Numbered from the stretch's first letter, positions 26,286 through 40,044 are shown. The stretch: DNA of 64,000 nt from Fimbriosthenelais zetlandica (GCA_977030845.1 OZ365110.1:27032001-27096000); one strand, 5' to 3'. The notes: generated from the letters alone by a model not told the origin. Numbers and translations: made by a program.

Positions 26286-29189
26286 TTTGTCCTGTTTATG
26301 AAGGCTGAATGTCAAAAGGCCATCGCAATATTGGCCTACTGATCACTATCTTTAGTTCTTTGGGCAGAAGTAATGAAATGGTTATGATAGAAGTCTCCCT
26401 GAAGTAGGCCCAATTTGGGAGAAAATATCTGCGGCGTGGGAAGAATAGCAATTCCAAACACGATGTATAAAATATTGACTTAAAACAATACAATGAATGA
26501 CCTGTGAGAAAAGGTCGTGAGGGGGCCTTTCTGGACGCCTGCCAACACATGAGATAAATCAGGAGTAGAGTAGAGGAAATGGCCGCAGAGAAGAACTGTT
26601 GGAAATTTGAGTGTGTTAAACTAATGGGACTTTAAGAGTCAGCTGATTGGCATGTCTCTCCAAATCTCCACCCCAATTTGTCAGCCCTTTCTGTAACCTC
26701 TCTCTGCCTGTCTTTCTCTGCCTCTGCCCTCCCCTGCCATCTCAAGCCCCTCAACTACAAGGCACCGGTCACTTTCTGCTCGAGCACCTCCTAAGGTCCG
26801 GTGAAGAAAAGGCGCGTTTCTTTCTGTCCACGCTTCCTACACACTGACTTGAAATGGGAAGCTGAGGAATTATTCAGTCTCTCTGAATGTTCCTACCGCA
26901 TTCAACTGAAAATGCCTACCGATGAATTGAATTCCATACAGTCTTAATATGGGGGGAAACAATGAGTGTATGGTAATCAATCCACCAAAAGAAGACAATA
27001 GAAATTGACTTCTATGTTTCTATAGGCTGTGCTATAGCGGAAACAGACCATTTATTTTTTGGCCTGAGGCTGGAGAGGAGCTGCTCGCTTGACTGCTCGC
27101 CGTGAGTGTTATGACTCGTCCGAACACTCCAGCCTTTGAGGAACATCAAAGTATCTGACAGAGCGATAACATCAGAGTCCACTCTCATTCCTAATACAAA
27201 AAAATACTCCTCGGGCTAAAGGGCAACGGCACCCTGTTTGTCTGGCTCTTGTCTCTTATAAAGTATTGTCAACACGACTGGCCTTTATATATTAGGGACT
27301 ATTTTATATTATGAATTGTCTCATACATAATATAGGCCTAGTATATAAGTCACAGGCAGATTTTTCAGTAGGAAATTACAATCTGGAATTATCTGTTTCT
27401 TGTGCATCAGGTTCATCAATGATTTATTCCAACAGACAAAAAATATGGTAGGCAACCCACTCTGTTATTCTAAGCCAGACTAAATTGTCTTCACGTTTGC
27501 AAAAAACTGCAGAAGGTGCCACTGATTATGGCATCGTATATATTCCAGGGGAGAGATCGAGGCAGGTGCAGAAGCTAGCATTGCTTCTCGCTGCAGCTTT
27601 CTCTCGAGCAAATATAATTCAATTTAGGACAGGGTGAAAACGCTGCGCATACATCATCTGTGGCTATGAGTCAGTCTTTGTATACCGGTACATGTGTGGG
27701 AATATATGCATACTTGCCCTGCATTGTTTGCATACACGGCTGTATTTTATCTAGCTGCATTCTTACAAGTGTTGATACAATGATTCGAAGTACTGTACTA
27801 AATCATCCATCGATCTTTTAGGCAGTATAGTATATCATATAAATGTATAGTTTATGCAAAAAAAGGATCCATATATGTATATGCATCATACATATTGGCA
27901 TAATTTTGTTCATAATTTTTATCAGTATCAGTAACATAAGTCACTCAAGTCAAAATAAATCACCCAAATGTCAGGCGCTGTCCTTGAATGATGTCATTCG
28001 GTTCCATCCGCCTACATTGAACACGAATACAGACTGCGAAGAAGCTCATTATCCAGTGTTATCTGGAAACTTTTTGCAGGCTTTGTTGAAAACCAGGTGT
28101 CTTGTTGTACAGAAGGTGGGGTTAATCGATATATGCATTTATTCCAAGCGGCAAAATCAGAAGAGAGCATTAACCCCCTGGTAGGGTCCTCTGTCTCCTG
28201 TCAAGTGTTCTGGACGCGATGCCTTTTGGGAGATGTCACACTTGTGGGGAACACTCACCTTTATGGATAGGTACAGCACTGCGGAACTGGGAAAGACCAG
28301 CACAACTACACAAGACAGTAAGGGAGTGCCCTCCGTGGCTGTTAGTTGTGGGTGTCTTGTCCTTGTCTTTGTGCTTGCCATCCTACCTGTATCTCCATTT
28401 TCTACCTGTACAGCCATCAACTTTGATCTTTCTTTCCGAAGATTGTCACGAGTGACAAAGGATATTTCCCAGTGTCTAAAACAAGAAACATCCATAGCTC
28501 ATCATCTATTTAGCTGCACGCAGCTAGTTTATTTCGTGTTTATTTCGTGCCTTATCCTGAAAACTTATATAGGCCCATTCAACAAACTGGGCCTTCTTAT
28601 AGTAATAAACCCTTCCTTTTTGTTCTATATTAGTACTAATATTTCCCATTCCATTTTCTTTCTCCTTCCCTTATACTACTCACCCTGTCCCCATTCCCCT
28701 GCTTTCTAAATGCCTTTCATCTCTCTGGCCTTGCTCTGCCTTTCAGTTTGTTCCCTTTGTCACATCTCGTGTTGAAAGCTCACACTAAGTCCCCCTCCCG
28801 CTGACCACTTCTCTGTATCTTTAGGTGATATAGGACATCAAGGAATACCTCCTACTGCTCGCCTACACCAGCCTATAACCTCTGCCCATTATAACTAATA
28901 TCCGGCCCGCTAATCCCACTGAAGTGTGCCTAAACTTGGACCTCCTAAGACCCGCACCTTATTTCAGTATTAATCTGTCGAGATGTCACAATATGGCCGT
29001 TAGCTTTGATATGGGAACATAATCCTGATCAGTAAATGCATGCTGCCTGTCGGGCACAGGATGTCCCGCGACAATCAGGCCTCCTCCTCTCCGGGCACCT
29101 TAGTCTCTGTGATAGAGAAAACAAAGGAATCGGGAAATATTAGAGAAGGGCGATAATTACAGCTGTCTCCCCACCCAATGGGGTTTTAA

Positions 29190-29550
29190 TGAAAACGGAG
29201 CGCGTGCGCACGTCCAACATCAAACCTGATTGGTCGGGAGGATTCACGTGGCCGGAAGTCCCGGCGGGAGGGAAGTAACCTCAGAAGGTCAGGATAAATG
29301 AGGGGGATGATAGTGAGAGGTCGGCGCTAAGGCTTGTTGATGGAGGGGTCAGGCTTGTTCTTTGTGAGGAGAAACAAAGCCCGCTGTGCTCTGCCTCACT
29401 TGGTAGGCCCCCTAGCGGGCCCTCGACCACAGCCAATCACAGTGCTTCTAACGATCACGTGCATGGCTACAAGGTGCTCAGCTAAGAAGACAGAGAACGT
29501 CTGCTCTCAGCCGTCAGGCCTCATCCGGCGTGTTGCCATAGCAACGGGAA
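29190..29550. promoter_or_regulatory. CpG-rich promoter-like island (NRF1, NF-Y, E-box, ETS, RFX X-box)
   Basis: GCGCGTGCGCA 29200-29210, ATTGG 29229-29233, CACGTG 29245-29250, CCGGAAGT 29252-29259, a CCAAT near 29433, perfect X-box GTTGCCATAGCAAC 29532-29545. Confidence 0.5.
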
Positions 29551-32500
29551 AAAGACATCCACGTAATTGTCAGAGTGCATATTGCCTTTTTTCACTTTCC
29601 ATCGAAATTGCAGAAGGAGAAGAATGGAAGGAGGGTCTGGCTGGGAGGTTTGGGGGGATGAGAGAGGGGTAGATGGTGGTTTGATCAGGGGGAATAGACG
29701 CCCAATGTGTTGACAGGAACAACACACTGTCCTGATTATTGCTCATTACCGAAACTGCTTCTATCAGAGCTGCTTCCCCCAAGGTTAACTACTGTGTGGT
29801 CACTTACTGAGCTGTTCCCATTTTATGACACCCAGATCTAGTGGTCGTATGGCCCTGTTTGAACGTTTCATATTGAGGTATGATCTAAGGGGGCATTCTA
29901 AAGCCACATAGATGAAGTAGGCTACATGTGCACAAAATATTCTTATCTTTGCTGTACATTTGCTGCATTAATCACGCTCCATATATATGATGCATTTTTA
30001 CATCACTGTATCATTAAAAAGCGCCTGCAACAATATGGCCGACATTGCAATCTAACATGAACTGCGCTGGAATTAGCAGATCGCCCCTGTCTTCAATTCC
30101 CGCCACAAGTCGTTAGGGAAAAGAACAGCTTGATTAGTCACGCATCGTTAAGGGGACATTTACATTACAAAAAATGGCTGTACGTGTGTTATTTGTGTGC
30201 CTTGTGTTTGCCGAGGTAAGATAGAAAGCATCATTTGAGGGGATAAAGACACGTTAATTCAGCTAAAAAGGCACTGTATCAAAGGGCTAGGGAATACTTA
30301 TCACTGTCTTGGGAAGACTTTTTCAAACCCTTAACTGATGCTTTCTTCAACTCCAATACTTCGCTTAGCTAGTACAGTGAGGTGCGCATTGCGGAATTCA
30401 GAATACACTTACATTATATCATTCTTTTATTGTTATATAGGTTCGGGGTTTGTTCTTGATGTTGTGCGGGACATGCACTAGGGCTAACAGTGCAGGGCGT
30501 GCAGTGCATCGAAAAACTACTCATTTTTTCATATGACGAATACACACGAAACTGCCGTTGACAAATCTAGTAGCATTACAGGACCATTCACATTGTAATA
30601 ACCCATGAACACCCCAAGGAAAATCCAATATTAACTCCTCAATAGGAATAAGATGATTACACGACGTGAGTTTGAAGAATTGAGTGATTGGGTATAGATT
30701 CTTCCACCCATGTATTGATATAGATGACCTATAGTGGTCTGTATAGGCCTAACCTCCGGAGGAAATAATGAATGATTGATCCCCTATTCCCTGATAAATC
30801 AAGATATTGATCAGATGAAGGATGATTTTCGCCCTTGACAAGATGTTTGTTAGGCATGCATTATTGAATGGGGTTCTCATCCATAACTTGGCGTGTCCTT
30901 CTCCATGAATGAGGCCTTGTCTCAGACCATAGCTGACCCAAACTCCAGCGGTAGGCGGCTGGCTGTATTTATCTAGCTGGAGGTATCGATCAATTCCCCC
31001 TCCTTATTGTGTAAAGAAATGGTCACTCACTCCGACCAAGCTTGCTTTAATCTCCAGGGTATGAAAAAAAGACTTCCCTTTGCAAAAGATCCTCATTTGA
31101 CTTGTTATTCAATTTCTTGCTGGATTTTTCTTGCCGTGCTTGTCATTGCCGGTGTCTTGCACCAATTTGGTGTGATCTTGATTGGAGATACTTGATGTGC
31201 AGGCCATAATGTATTGTGTTCGCCTATAACAAATTGCTCTCATTGCAGTGTACGCATAATTTAATCTTAGATGTAATTATTTCTCAATAATTCCAGAGAG
31301 TTGGTGACTAATATATATCTTGAGCACGAGAGGAGTCCCTGAATTCTTGGCGGCATGGCTAATTGGCCAATTGATGAGAAAAGTAATAGCACCTGCAGGA
31401 CATGCTTAGTGCTTAACCTTTCCTAAACTGCACTGGACTTTCCTTTAACACTGTCCTTGAAGCAGTACCTACTTTATATTTTTTCTATCTTTAACACACA
31501 ATGGGGAGGTTGTATAAGGGACAGTGTCTCCGAGACACTCTGGATGATAAAGCATCCCACAGGAAATTTAGACCCGGCTACTGGCCTTCCCCGGAGGAAG
31601 CTGTAGACTGAAGGTCCATTTATAATAGATGAGGGCCTAACTTAGGTCCTCAGCCCAATGTCGCTGGCCCTACATGAACAATAGTCAACGAGCAGCCTAA
31701 GGAGGGGTGTCCATCTTATACCTCCCTGCCCGAAACTCTTAAACCATCCTCCTCACGAGTACTCTTTCGTGTAAGTACCGTAAGAAATCAAGAAAAATAA
31801 CCAAAAAATTGACTTCGTTAAGCGCTTTCCTTGACCTGACGGGTTGGAAATGAAATTGTCAGGAGTTTAGTTTAAAGTTTGTGGGAAAATGCGTCGAAAC
31901 CTCCGGTTGGTTGTTCTTTTTTTACAGGCAATGCTTTGACATTTAGAAACAACTAATACACTTATGGGAAAAAAGGAACCTGGGAGGTGGAAAAACTATA
32001 CCTTGTCCATTTCTCCATTTTGGGGAAATGGGATTAATCTGAGGATGGTGTCTGAGCTGTCCAAGAAACGTAATGCGATAATTGGATACTTTAATGAGTT
32101 AAACGCATTGACAATCCATTCATAATGTTGAGGGGAGGCTCAGAGTCAGGATATTAATTTGTTAGATGAACAAAATATGTTGGTAGTAGACCTATTATAA
32201 GGCTGTCTTATAACGATACAAGTAATAGAGAAAGCATCCAAGTAATGGATATGTAAAAAGTAATTTCAATGGGAGAAAAGTGTCGGGAGCTGTGATGGAG
32301 GAGAGAGATTGGGTTCCAGATTTCCTGTCCATGGAAAATGTATTATTAGAATGATGAAGTAAAACAAGATCTAAATGGCTTCATGTACACATGTGCTAAC
32401 ACCTGGACATTTTATTAGAGCATTTTAGAAGTCAGTGGTAGAGTGAATTTCCTCTATAATTTAGAGGAACAAAATAAGGGATTCCTCATATATTGATAGC

Positions 32501-32699
32501 CATGTCTAATTCGGACATGTTGTACATAGATCACTGTGTCCATGGATTGTTTAGAGAGTGGGACAAGATGAAACTGAAAGGAAAGGGGATCGATGGGAAA
32601 GACACTGGGGATCGAATTAAGGAAGAGAATAGTCAGGTAATTGGATGCATAATTTAGAGAAAGGTATAATAATTACTGGAGGACATACAGTCCCTTAAG

Positions 32700-32870
32700 A
32701 GAGGTGGGGAAAGATTGAGACAGGAAGCGAGAGAGAGAGAGAGAGGGAGAGTGAGAAATTAGAGAAGATGAGTACAGGAGAGATGGCATGAAAGGGGACT
32801 AGATGAGAAAGGGGAGAGTATAAGAGGAGGTGAGATGTGCAGGGATGAGAGGTGGGGAGAAGAAATGGCG
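32700..32870 (+). repeat. GA-rich polypurine low-complexity tract
   Basis: (GA)n core near 32727-32752 in a purine-dominated stretch. Boundaries approximate. Confidence 0.7.
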
Positions 32871-35786
32871 GGGATTCCTGATCTCCAGTCCAGACCCTGT
32901 CTTCAGAATGGCTGATGGATCACCTGTGATTCCTGGCTACTAACTTCTGGCAGAGATCTTGTCTGCTGACCCTGACTCGTGTCTAGCCTCCTCTGACTAC
33001 TGGCTGACAATCATACACATGGGAGCTGAGAGCTCTCATTTGTAATTGAGCTATCTGTTTGTCAGATGTGGGTATTTTCTCCTTTATGCACCCTGCTCGG
33101 ACAGGAGCGTGAAATCGTATCCAAGCCATGCACTCACTTTATTGCTGGAGACCCTTTCTGTACAAATTATGCTGCTTGTCACACATCCCATACCTCTGAC
33201 ATGCATGCTAAAATGTCTTAAACGGAATAAGTCTTTTTTCACGTTGTGTGATTTGAACTTATACCGGCTAGATATTACATACTGAATTATATGTATATAA
33301 TTTACGAAATCTATATATAAATTGATATTGCTTTTTAATTAAAAACATAACATGTGTGAAACTATCTATTTAGAAAACATCCTTATCGGCAAAGGAATAC
33401 ATGGAAAGTTATCCCCCTACCTTGATCGAAGAGATTCTTTATTGTTGTATGTTGCAGGGCCCCTTACAACATCGTAAATCTCCCTGAGTAGGCCTAAGCC
33501 CAACCACGAGTACTCACGAAAATATTATAATTGCATATCATCAAGGAAAGGATTACATTCATATTTCATATTTATATAAATGTCAGTTGACATGCAGGAC
33601 CAACAGAAGTACATTGCCTCAGCTGCAGGATATTACACGAAGATGGTATTTGTCTTCTCCAAATTATAGACAATCTAATACATAAACATGGAGGATGTCA
33701 GAAGCGGTTTAGGTTAAATGTCCCGGATACTAGGTGCATCAAGGTGCATTCTGGTATGCACACGTAACGCGTTGCCATGACTATATGCCAGGAGACGGCT
33801 CGTCTACGGTAAGCACCAGAGGCTGGGATTGATGAAGGTACCTTTATAAGGTCCTAGAGCCTTCCTATGAAGGTTCCAAGCAAATCAGGTCTAGCGAAGA
33901 GCAGCTAACGAAGTAGCCTGGGGCGGTTGGTGTGAGAATAATGGAATGAGATGGCTGGGGATTCACTACTATGATGCTTTTGCCTTGGTGACGGTGGGTG
34001 AACGCAGCCATGAGCCGACCCCCTGCCTGCCTCGCCTAATCTAGAAAGTAGAGCAACTCGAGCGCTGAGCAGATTTGCCGTTGACAGGTGCAGGAAATTA
34101 CTTATTCTAAATTATCTCTTTCCATGGGTCCATTCTGACATTATCCTTTATCCCCTGCTGTCAGAATGCCCTGATTATTTCTTAGATGGAAAATCTTCAG
34201 GGCATGTGGTCATTTGAACTGCTGTGGGCTCCACATCCAGGAGTCATTTCCACCGAGCCCCAGCCGAAGTAATTTGCCTCTCCGCCGGCTGAATAGTCAC
34301 TGATTTATAACTTTGAAAAAAGTAAGGTGGATTCACTTATCTCTGGCATCAAAGGGGTTTTGGTTAGCGGAAGGGTACTCCTAACGAACAGCTTTGTTAA
34401 GGAGACGGGAGTGTGGGATATGCGTTGATTGGTTTTAAGGCAAAGATGGGACATCATGGATCCATGGACTCAATAGAGAAACATCAAGCTGTGCTTTGCT
34501 TCCCTCCAGGCTTAGTAGCCGCAGAAAGCTGTATCCGTTTGAATCCCAACAGATTGTTCGCAGTTCAATATTTGCTGAGCATTTTACCAAGCATGTTGTT
34601 TGTCCTGAATACCTCCCGGTGGAATAGGATTGATTTCAAATTCACCAGCTGGTTACTTCTTTTTCATGTCTTATGGCTCCACCCAATTAAGCTGTGTTGA
34701 GGGTTCAAGAAATGGCCAAGGCAAAGGGGAATCCCATTTCGGTAACTTAAAGGCTTGGTTTCACATTCCCAAATGGTATATAAAGGGGATTTGAGTTTGA
34801 TCTTGGATGTCTAAGTTAGTTTGTGCTTCCAGATCCTATGGTATTTATCAATTGCTTTTTCCTATGTTACATGTATGATGTTAGTGCAAATCCATTAGTA
34901 GACTTCCATTTAGTTTGAATACAATAATACTTTTATTATCTGGTACGACCAGGAGCTACAGTAGATCTGCTAAAATGTTATAACGTATAGGTTATATCTG
35001 GACTTCAATAAAAGATGCCATACAGCTGCATTTCTTCTAAAAGCATCCTGAGCGCTTCCCCACCACTTTCAGTACTTCTGTATAATAATACAATACCCCA
35101 CTGCTCTTTCCTCCTCCTCAATCCAGGGGTGTCTGTCCGCCAATCAATCAACGCTCCTGGTTTGAGGACATATTTACGAGCTCCTCCGAGTCGTTGAGCT
35201 TGTGGGCGGATATGCTGTTGGTGGGTGATAGCAATGACTCGTGGCTGACAAAGCTTCTGACAAAAGGCTGGAGCTACCACCCCCACCCCTCTCCCAGACG
35301 CTGGTTGCGTCGTGATGTGCCAGGGACTAGATAGAGGGACATTTATCATGCTAGGCTTTCAACGGAGGGCCAGAAGCCCGCCTATTGCCGACTTCATGAG
35401 TCGTCACTGTCAACCCCGCCGCAGGTCCCCTCTTTCTCAGTGAATTCTCTCAATTTTGATGCCGTAGACAGACACTTGGGGGTGTTGTGAGGGTCCATTA
35501 GACCAGAGGGAGAACCCCTCCAGGTATGACCCGAGGGCAATTTCATAACAATTTCGAGAGAAATTGATTCAAATTTAACTGAAGTAACCTTGGTTTATGT
35601 CGCCAAGGAAGAATGAAAAGGGAATAAATTAAGGCACACAGAAAATGACGTAGTCAAAGGGAAAGGTATGGCTAGCAATTCCATGCCAACATGGCATAGG
35701 CCTAATTATTGCTTGGCGGGTTGTTTGCCTTTACTTTCAATATGGTGCCCTTGCAAGAATATTATAGATGTATCTGAATAGCCTAG

Positions 35787-35891
35787 CCTAATGTTAATGG
35801 CACAATTTACATTATACATTGTACATTTTACATTGTGAAATGACACATTTTACAATACTGATTTTATTCTTTTTCCTTTTCAGGTGAGTGA
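35787..35891 (+). other. candidate recursive splice site RS2
   Basis: AG-free 35787-35881, branch-like TACTGAT 35856-35862, tract TTTTATTCTTTTTCCTTTT, CAG (35881-35883) + GTGAGTGA (35884-35891). Confidence 0.78.
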
Positions 35892-36895
35892 CCTCTTTGT
35901 TAAAAATGATCCCAAGGCATCAATTGATAAGTATTGAACTCCTTGGATATGCAGTAGGTTACACTGCCTATAAAATTTTACACTTTAGACGCCTAATGCT
36001 CCTGGCATGCATGTAGATGTTCTGTGTGATAATCAGTCACACGTAAGACCTTGCCACTCGATAGGACTGGATATCTTTTACATTTCTACAATAAGTAGGC
36101 CTAGAATTTAGCTCACAGACTGGGGATAAATTTAATTAAGGCCATTACCCACAGAAGTATTGCACGTGAGTTGTTCTGCCATGGACGCTTTGATATCTGG
36201 ATACAAAGTCGGGCCTAACTTCCTCCGACCAGGGTGTCAGAGAAGCCGGTACGTGTTACGAAGGGAAATCCTCTCTTCTGTACCTCCTCATATTTACGGC
36301 ATTTGAGCATAACGAGCGGAAAATTAGAAAGCTAAATATGGAATCAGTATTATGTGTCGTCAGGTTTTTATAATACAATGAAAGTCATGTCAAGTCCATG
36401 AAGTCGGCAGGCCGAGCATTCTGTCAAAGTTAAGCGATCATAATTATTAGCAACACAGAAATCTTGAAGTAGGTCTATGTCAATGATGTGTAGTATTGAA
36501 CGAAGGTTGGGTATTTTTAGGTTATGAACATCCCCCTGATGTATCAGCCCCTAAAGGTTAAAAGAAATGAAGGACAACCATAAAATCTGTTCCCACTGCC
36601 AATGACAGATAAAATGCTTGCCCTTAGTTTTTGTTTTATCACCTTCATAAGCTTTTAGGGAAACTCGCGTGAATGGGTATTAAGTGATGGGATTTGAAAT
36701 GCATTAGTCAAATTGTTTTAAATGCCCTTACACAATCCAACTATAACTCCATTCAGAAGAATGACTCTTTTTGTGTCATTTCCGTTGAAATTGCACTCAG
36801 GAAAGGAGAATAAGCTATTTAGCGTAAATGTCCCGTGGGACTGAATTTTAGGGATAATGTTGAGTTTTAAAAGTAAATGTTCACATGGTTACGAA

Positions 36896-36917
36896 AATAT
36901 TATAGATCTATAATATT
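36896..36917. repeat. perfect 22-bp AT-rich palindrome
   Basis: AATATTATAGATCTATAATATT is its own reverse complement. Confidence 0.9.
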
Positions 36918-37399
36918 ATTCTCGAATTGTCACGAATTGTCTTATCATGCATGTAAGTCCTTTATACAAATGCAAATAAGCAACTGTTTCTATTTTCTAA
37001 TCTATTTTCTCATCTTTCACTCGGAGATCAAATTATAAATCTCGGATGACAGATGACCTAAGTCTGATATGTCCCTGCCCAAGCTATTTGGTAAGCAGAG
37101 AGAGGCTGATCTCCTGGGTCGAATTAATATCAGATCTGTATCTGAACCATATGACCAGGCATCTCCCATCTCTCATCTCTATCCAGACAGAGACGGTATT
37201 AATCTGATGCTAATTTTTCCTGACGTCTGAACAAAACACCTCCTGGCTTGGCTGCCCCAGGCATGGCCTTAGGGTCACGTGTTACAATGACCGGGATACC
37301 CGAAACTGATTAAAAGAACGGCGATACCCATTGCTCGCCCCCTACACTCCATTTCCCTGATTGCAAATAATGAGGCGCCAGGTAAATGCCCACCTGTCT

Positions 37400-37505
37400 G
37401 GATGGACCAATCAGAGCCCTGGGATGATGGCCCAATGGGAATCACGGGAGTAGCTGCAGCTCACCTCGCCACTCTATATGGGGCTTCCATGTGCTCGACC
37501 AATAG
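37400..37505 (+). promoter_or_regulatory. three co-oriented NF-Y-type CCAAT boxes
   Basis: GACCAATCAG (CCAAT 37407-37411), GCCCAATGGG (37432-37436), GACCAATAGG (37499-37503). Confidence 0.3.
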
Positions 37506-37514
37506 GAAATTGGA

Positions 37515-37735
37515 AATGGAGAGGAAGAATATTATGTGTAAAATTGTAGGGAGAGGATAACTTTTAGGGACAGGGTAAATGTGAATAGGAAGAGAAGGAG
37601 AAAAGGGTTGTGGTGCAATTGGTGATCAGGGAATAGGAAGAACTGAAAAAGGAGAAGGGAAACAAAGAATGGGAAGAGCAGAAGCTGGGACATGAGGGGA
37701 CACAGTGAGCTTTATGGGAGGGAGACCATGAAGAG
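37515..37735 (+). repeat. GA-rich polypurine low-complexity tract
   Basis: Purine-dominated stretch. Boundaries approximate. Confidence 0.6.
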
Positions 37736-40008
37736 GGACATTGCCAATTATCCGGAGTGAACACTTAGGTAAATTGCGAAATGAAATGGAAGCCCTTCCG
37801 GTACTGAGGGTGGAGGCCTGAGCGAGTGAATTAGGTCGATGGTCACTCGCTGATTTGTGTGGTCTGAATGGTAAAGAAGTCCACAGCCACCCCTCCACAA
37901 CCTGAACCTGACGGTTAAAAGTTCTTTAAGGCTCACCCATGGGTCTACTTTTAACAAAATTAATTCGGTCGCCCACGATTACTGAGTGAGATTTTGTCCT
38001 ACATGAAGGGTCCTTGAAGCGCAGTTGAAAACTTCTCTATAGCATTTTCGCTGAAATTACATTCAGAAGTAATTATTTCTTATACATGGACTGTTATTAT
38101 TAACTAGTGGTTGATGCGTTTCTATATTGGAGGGCCAAATCAATGAGGATCCCTTAGGACCAATTAGAGGACCCTTATTTTGTAAATTTGAGACATGTAT
38201 AGGGCATGAGGTGTCTGGCGAAGAGATGAAGCTGGGTCGGTGAACATGTATAGGTAGGTGTGCGATATTGTGGATAATGCAATATTGCTTGATTCGTCCA
38301 GGTACATACAGTGCTCGCATGTTCCCCACCATAAATTTCTAATCTCAGAAAAAAATACGTCTGTAAACACCTCTCTCCTCACTTTCCCTGCGACTTGCAT
38401 TACTTGATGAAGATTGTTATTGTAATTTTCCTGCAATAACTCTTCATATATTGGAATCCCTCAAGAGGCTATTATGTTTCTTAATGAAAATCTTGAATGG
38501 AACATTGGGCGAGATTTTAATAGGCCCTCGCTAATAACTTCCTACGTCTGACATCACGTATAGATGAGGACATGAGACTTGATGAAAGCTGATGCCATCT
38601 CTTCTTTAATGTAGGTAATGATTCGCAGCAGCAAGAGATGGCTTTCATAATTATAAGACCAACTCTACATTTACAAGAATCCTCCCAGATAATCTCTGTC
38701 TGTGGGGCATATCATGACCCTGTACCTGACTAATGAGGAAGCAATCTATTCCTGTATTATAAATCCTCATACCTCCTCTAGACTATATATTATGTTCAGT
38801 TGAGGACATCCAATCATGCTGCTTGATATATAAACTGCGGGGCTATTTCGGCGGTACTAAATTTTGCTTGCGACAAAGTTGATTCTTACATGTGTCGCAA
38901 TAGAATTTATCAATTGTGGTTAAAGTATCCAGACCTGCCTTCCACTGGTACACATTTAATCGGGACAACATCAATTTTGCATCAATTTTGTTGCTGTATT
39001 GTCGCTAACAAATCGCAGCAGTGGAGTGGGCCTACTGAATATATTATTTTATTGAATTTCATTAGTTTTCCCATCACATGGTAAGATCTAACTGGGAAAC
39101 TTCGTGGATCGCTTTTCATTCGCCAATGCTGTCAAATCATTCTCTATTATATCGACAAGGTGATAGCATGGAACACCTCTGTTGTGAACTCGCTCTTGAA
39201 CCATATTATATTGAGCTCAATATGTTATGCGAGTCAATTGGATTCAGTTTGAACTGGTGAAAGGCTATGATGTGGATGATGAGCCCCACTTTGAAACTAT
39301 CAATGAGCATCTGGGAGTGACTCACGGCGGTGCCCACCACCTCATTGACCATCACTCCCACCTCCTCCTCTCCACTGAGATATAGCCAATTGCTGGCAGA
39401 TGGAGCCACTTGTGGGGCTGTAGATGCACTGTGATAAGATGATCATGTCGACAGCTTGTTAGCAGCGATTGCCTCACGCCTACTATTACATTCCCTATTG
39501 ACTAATTACTAACATTCCTCCATCCCCCAGATATCTCATTCATATTGCCTTCTCCTTCTCGATGAAACCTCTTAATGTCCATCATATTCTAGAAAGCCTT
39601 TTAGAAATAATATTGCATCCTTTTCGTGCCACAATGATATTTCCTGAGCTGCGATTTAAATCATTCTCAAAAATCAAACCGTTTTTTCTCCCGGTTAGTA
39701 GATGTTTTGATAGGCTGCATTGACATTTGCTGAGGTGACTTAGACGAGGAAAAATTGCCCAAACTCAGAATTATTCAAAAAACCCAAAACTTCAGATCAA
39801 AAGAAAGCATGTTAATACTGGCAAATGGACGGTTGCATGGTTACTTGTCGAGAAGACGAAAAACATGCATGTTTGTGTTCAGCTAAAAATTAGGCCACAC
39901 TTGACAAACCAACACTTTATTTCCTGCACTTAAAGGTGTCCGAAAAACGTGAAGGCTGGTGTCTGATGTACTCTCATGCCGCCTGCCTCCGCGTGCTAAA
40001 AATTCCCC

Positions 40009-40044
40009 ACACCTCGGACGGAAGTGTTTGTTTTCCCGCCAAAA
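40009..40044. promoter_or_regulatory. ETS + E2F motif pair
   Basis: CGGAAGTG 40019-40026 and TTTTCCCGCCAAAA 40031-40044 in a short CpG-rich patch. Confidence 0.3.

Noticed and set aside
28233-28709. 158-aa + strand hydrophobic ORF
   Set aside because: The hydrophobic tail comes from a CT/T-rich tract; no recognisable family.
28808-28830. CTTCTCTGTATCTTTAG|GTGATA as a fourth recursive site
   Set aside because: The donor half (GTGATA) is weak compared with RS1-3. Similar weak AG|GT junctions (e.g. near 12614, 25333, 35523) are expected by chance.
30131-30145. TTAA-GGGGACA and TTAA-AGGTGTCC (about 39930) as possible Kolobok/piggyBac-type termini
   Set aside because: I could not find the matching inverted terminus for either.
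27738-30979. TTATCTAGCTG at about 27747 and 30969, resembling part of miR-9
   Set aside because: The miR-9 5' seed (CTTTGG) is absent and no hairpin is evident.
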